From an uncultured Bacilli bacterium (GTDB lineage Bacteria; Bacillota_I; Bacilli_A; RFN20; CAG-826), in contig CAKUWP010000004.1 of NCBI GenBank assembly GCA_934699525.1, positions 42,724 through 106,723 on the forward strand: a DNA stretch of 64,000 nucleotides, given 5' to 3'. The notes beneath the pieces were generated by a model. The model ran no database searches. It worked only from the letters and a program-made list of their open reading frames with translations, and had not been told where the DNA came from. Positions 60,208-64,000 of this stretch are shown here, one piece after another (position 1 is the stretch's first letter; every line of letters starts with the position of its first letter). The translations under genes were made by a program, and so were the position numbers.

Positions 60208-61464
60208 TCAGTCCTCTTGTTCTACCAAATTTTCGATGTTTTTGGCTATTGTTTTAATGAGTCCACAGACTAACGCGTTGCCCATCATAAAATAACGTCT
60301 TTTTTCTGGCATTCCAGTATTTGTCCAGTTATCAGGAAATTCATCAATTCTTTCACATTCAACTGGAGTCAAAATTCGATATTTGTTAGTAATCGGATCA
60401 AGAATAATGTGGGACGAACGATTGACCGTGCCTTCACTCGTTAGCATAGTTCTAGCTGGGACGTCTAATTTATCCGGGAATGGTATTGGCCCTTCCGAGT
60501 ATATGTATTTGTGCCCATTAGCGGCTATTCTTTCAATTTTTTTCGAGCCTTTTAAGTATTCGAATTTCTTAACGTTCGTTTTATAACAAAATTCGGGAAC
60601 GTTATGGCAATCTAAGCAATCCCTAAGAGTTTTACTTGTTCCGTCATAAACTGCATTGAGTTTTGCAGTTATTATCTTGTAATTCAGCATAAAGCCAGCG
60701 TTATTAAAATCGAATTTAAACTTATCTGAAACCTCAACAACCGTTTTAAATTTTTTCTTCGATATATCGGTTATTTTATTTTCCTCCGAACAAACTAGCG
60801 ACGCCGGGAAACAAGAAAAAAGCATTTCTTTTTGAACGTCCTTCTGAGAGAAGTCGCTATTATTTTCGAACTTCTGATAGTATTTAGTGGTGTTGTGGAA
60901 CGCGAAAATAAAAGTTCTTCTTCTTTTTTGCGGATGTCCATAATCCGCGGCGTTAATAACTCTCCATTGAACGCCGTAGCCTAAATCAGCAAAACAGCGA
61001 AGAATAATCCCAAATGCTTGGCCCCTTTGCTTGGCTGGCGCTTTTAATAGTCTGTCTACATTTTCTAATAAAACGAATGGCGGTTTCTTCGCTTTTAAAA
61101 TGTCGTTAATATCCCACCAAAGAACACCTTTTTTGCCTTCAATTCCTTTTTCGCCTTTCAACGAATGGGCAACGGAATAATCTTGGCAGGGGAATCCGCC
61201 GCATAACACTGAGTGAGCAGGAATAGCGGTTCTGTCAACTTTTGAAATATTGATATTAGAATTTTTTTCTGCATCTGGAAATCTAGTATTGTAGCAATCG
61301 AAAGCATGCTGGGTTTTCGTCGATGGTTCCCATTGATTCGCCCACACGAAATCCCATGGTCCGTTTTCAATGGCTTTTCCATTTTTATCAAATCCTTCGA
61401 TATCGTTAAATCCCACACGGAATCCTCCAACACCTGCAAATAATTCAACAACTGTCTTGTCCAT
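60208..61464 (-). CDS. DNA (cytosine-5)-methyltransferase
   Basis: Motif I FAGVGGF, motif IV GFPCQDYS, motif VI ENV, motif VIII QRRRTF. Confidence 0.9.
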   Translation of the reverse strand: MDKTVVELFAGVGGFRVGFNDIEGFDKNGKAIENGPWDFVWANQWEPSTKTQHAFDCYNTRFPDAEKNSNINISKVDRTAIPAHSVLCGGFPCQDYSVAHSLKGEKGIEGKKGVLWWDINDILKAKKPPFVLLENVDRLLKAPAKQRGQAFGIILRCFADLGYGVQWRVINAADYGHPQKRRRTFIFAFHNTTKYYQKFENNSDFSQKDVQKEMLFSCFPASLVCSEENKITDISKKKFKTVVEVSDKFKFDFNNAGFMLNYKIITAKLNAVYDGTSKTLRDCLDCHNVPEFCYKTNVKKFEYLKGSKKIERIAANGHKYIYSEGPIPFPDKLDVPARTMLTSEGTVNRSSHIILDPITNKYRILTPVECERIDEFPDNWTNTGMPEKRRYFMMGNALVCGLIKTIAKNIENLVEQED

Positions 61465-61795
61465 ATTAACACTCTTTCATTTTCCTAATCGGCAAAGCAT
61501 ATGCCGTTCTTTTGTGGTTCTTTCTCGTAACACCACCTCTCACCACCTAGAACGCGGTGTTATCTTTCGGTTTCTAAGCAATTGAGATATTCCAGGATTT
61601 CTTGATTTAGGACGTCTAGCAAAGTTCCTTGCCTTTTTATCGCACTGTTATTCGCAATCCCGAATTATTTTACTTGGCCTATTTGAAAATGTAAAGATCG
61701 TTTTCCGCCCTAATAAATATCTTAAGATAATTTATTTGAATTGACTCTCCAAACAATATCTTGCCATCGAATTTCATTTTTGATAAAAAAGGGAC

Positions 61796-63268
61796 ATGGG
61801 AAAAGATAGGAAATTTACCAGTCGTGAGCTTTATGAATTATTAGACTCAGCCATGGGAAAAACCTTGGGCGAAGTTGACATCAACCATGTTTTTAAGAAA
61901 ACAAATGAGCACCCTAAAGTAACCGGAATTGCTGGCGATGTAGTAGAACAATCCGTTTTAGGATTCCCCGCAGACAACAAAGCCGAACCCGATATTGATG
62001 TTGACGGGCAATTAATTGAGGTTAAAACAACCGGTATTCGCGTATCAAAAACAAAAAAAGGCGAATTTGAAGCAAAGGAACCGGTTTCAGTTACGGGTGT
62101 TTCGCCAGAAACAATCGTTAACGAAACGTTTTACGATTCAAAATTTTGGCACAAACTCAAAAAGATTTTGTTTGTATATTACGAATATTCATCCGACAAA
62201 CCGGTAACCGCCGCCGAATATGCCAAATTCCTTTTAAGAGGCTATGATTTTTATAAGTTCAGCAACCGAGATGAAAAAATTCTTAAGAATGACTGGCAAT
62301 TGGTCAGGGATTTCATAGATGATTTGCATTCTCAGCCAGGTTTTAACGACGAAGAATATGCAAGGCTATCTCACGAATTAAGAGACAAATTGATGTACAT
62401 CGATACCGCTCCAAAGTGGCCCAATTCCCCAAGATTTAGATTGAAGCGTTCCCTGGTAACAACTATTGTTCAGGAACATTTTAGCAAAAAGCGGCTCGAA
62501 CAAGACGTTGAGGAAATTTGTAACATTTCAGAGCTTAATGCAACGTGCCACGAACTAACATCAAAATACAAAGGAAAAACAGTTAAATATTTAGCCAAGG
62601 AATTTAAGATTCCTCCTACCAGCAAAAATGGAACGGTAAACAAATCCATCGTCGAAAAGGTGATAGTAAGAATGTTTGGTGGCAAATCGGCGACAATTAA
62701 TTCTTTAGATGTTTTTAGAAAATCGGGAATTTATGGCAAAACGATCATTCTTTCAAACAAAGATGGTAGAACCGAGGATACAAAATTATTCACAATTAAT
62801 TTCGATGAGTGGCTGGACAAAGAGGTTTCATTTGAGGAGTCCCAAATTTTTGAATATTTTTCCAACAACAAACTTCTATGTATCCAATTCAAAGAAACTA
62901 AACCAGGAGATTTGCTGGAAAGCGAATTTGTCGGATTTAAACTTTTAAGTTTCGACGATAAATTCATCAACGAATACGCGCAAAAATATATTTGGGATAC
63001 GGTTCGAAAGACAATCTTTAATGGCGAACTTAAAGAAAGCTTTTGTAATGGGAAAGATGGGCAACCAATCATTAATCCTTGTGGCACAAAGAAAACGGAA
63101 ATTAATTTCCCTAAATCCAGAGACAATAAAAAGCTCTTCCTAAGAGGCACCGGCCAAGATTCAAAGCACAAGACATTACAGTTATGTGGAATTCAAATGT
63201 ATCAGCAGCAGGTATGGATTAAAGGCAAAGATATTGTAGAGTTGCTAAAAGAAAAGGAATATTTATAA
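61796..63268 (+). CDS. Sau3AI-family (MutH-like) type II restriction endonuclease
   Basis: 490 aa. PDIDVDGQLIEVKTT...FVYYEY aligns with the Sau3AI PDMAEAGVELKATP...LAFYEY region (recalled from memory). Sau3AI is 489 aa. Confidence 0.7.
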   Translation: MGKDRKFTSRELYELLDSAMGKTLGEVDINHVFKKTNEHPKVTGIAGDVVEQSVLGFPADNKAEPDIDVDGQLIEVKTTGIRVSKTKKGEFEAKEPVSVTGVSPETIVNETFYDSKFWHKLKKILFVYYEYSSDKPVTAAEYAKFLLRGYDFYKFSNRDEKILKNDWQLVRDFIDDLHSQPGFNDEEYARLSHELRDKLMYIDTAPKWPNSPRFRLKRSLVTTIVQEHFSKKRLEQDVEEICNISELNATCHELTSKYKGKTVKYLAKEFKIPPTSKNGTVNKSIVEKVIVRMFGGKSATINSLDVFRKSGIYGKTIILSNKDGRTEDTKLFTINFDEWLDKEVSFEESQIFEYFSNNKLLCIQFKETKPGDLLESEFVGFKLLSFDDKFINEYAQKYIWDTVRKTIFNGELKESFCNGKDGQPIINPCGTKKTEINFPKSRDNKKLFLRGTGQDSKHKTLQLCGIQMYQQQVWIKGKDIVELLKEKEYL

Positions 63269-63339
63269 GCTCATCGGCGAACAAGATTTTTTCTCAGCTT
63301 TCAAGCAAATGGAACGGGATAAAACATTTTTCCTTTTGG

Positions 63340-64000
63340 TCAATTCACCCTCACATTCCCCGACATCACGGATATCCCGCCTCTCATCGTGTATTCGCCA
63401 TATCCAGAGCAAATGGAGGAACCCCCGTTCATCACGGCGCAGGCAATCGATGCACGGGCATTATGTAACTTAATATTCACGTCCCCTTTCATCGTACTGA
63501 TATTCATCGCCCCATCTTGTTCTGGGGTTAATTCCAAATTTACGTTTCCGGATTGAGAAGCGATATTGATGTTATCCGCTGGAGCAATGGCCTCGATATT
63601 CCCGGATTGGGTTGTAATGTCAATTCTAGAGGAAGACGTATTGAGGGATACGTTCCCCTTTGAAGAGGAAACAGAAATTTCATCTACATAGCAATCCACG
63701 GAGGTGTTCCCTTTGGTTACATAGACCTTCATGCGGTTCAAAGGCTTGCTCGGCACAAAAACATGGATCTCTTTTGCCGGTTCATCAAAACGAAACTGAC
63801 ACGTTTTCCCTGTCTCTTGGTGTTGAGCCAAACTGACAGAATGCGTCTTGAAACTGACGATCCCATACCCAAAGCTACCAGCATCGGAATTTTGAATATC
63901 GACATTAGCATCCCTTACCACAATTGCACTGCTAATCTCTAAGTAGACAACCGCCTGCCAAAAAGTGTACAAAGAGGGCGGTTGCCGAAAGGAGATTTTT
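63340..64000 (-). CDS. DUF4097-like beta-strand repeat protein (putative adhesin), 5' end probably beyond the window
   Basis: Repeated SGNV/SGNI beta-strand units. The annotated Met at 63972 looks implausible and the frame stays open upstream. Confidence 0.45.
   Translation of the reverse strand, partial: KISFRQPPSLYTFWQAVVYLEISSAIVVRDANVDIQNSDAGSFGYGIVSFKTHSVSLAQHQETGKTCQFRFDEPAKEIHVFVPSKPLNRMKVYVTKGNTSVDCYVDEISVSSSKGNVSLNTSSSRIDITTQSGNIEAIAPADNINIASQSGNVNLELTPEQDGAMNISTMKGDVNIKLHNARASIACAVMNGGSSICSGYGEYTMRGGISVMSGNVRVN

Noticed and set aside
61158-61472. 104-aa minus-strand ORF overlapping the methyltransferase 5' end.
   Set aside because: It is an out-of-frame overlap with the methyltransferase N-terminal motif-I region and has no support of its own.

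Overview
This 64-kb bacterial chromosomal window is mostly coded on the minus strand. It mixes housekeeping-type loci with a long accessory island. The housekeeping side has feoA-feoA-feoB with a FeoB-associated Cys-rich peptide, a MATE efflux pump, tRNA-Arg(TCG), a GltD-like Fe-S flavoprotein oxidoreductase next to a HypA-like protein, two TetR regulators, a GH94-like phosphorylase with FucU, and a GNAT. The island runs roughly from 29.5 to 63.3 kb. It carries an AbiEi/AbiEii toxin-antitoxin pair, three DUF4143 AAA ATPase paralogs, a soluble FtsH-like AAA-metalloprotease, a mini FtsK-like ATPase, and a HEPN-like protein. It also holds a candidate undescribed operon: zinc-ribbon SPFH protein, small TM protein, zinc-ribbon coiled-coil protein, and a 1075-aa zinc-ribbon TIR protein. 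Further along is a WYL-regulated operon with a lipoprotein GHH-nuclease toxin, a SUKH immunity protein, and a Lol-like ABC/FtsX exporter, then a Sau3AI-like restriction-modification pair. Mobile remnants are a MITE with perfect 23-bp terminal inverted repeats and a possible IS1595-like transposase remnant (weak support). Unusual sequence-level features are three separate tandem arrays with an exact 23-bp period, two of them just upstream of DUF4143 ATPase genes. There is also a chimeric secreted-protein paralog inactivated by an A6/A7 homopolymer frameshift. A PI-PLC-like gene has its signal peptide cut off by an in-frame TAA. A degenerate copy of the tRNA-Arg 3' end lies 2.2 kb from the tRNA and brackets an AlbA_2/Schlafen-like gene, suggesting a mini-island. 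Next to that copy is a GC-rich non-coding block I could not explain. All functional calls come from motif recognition in the supplied translations. No database searches were run.
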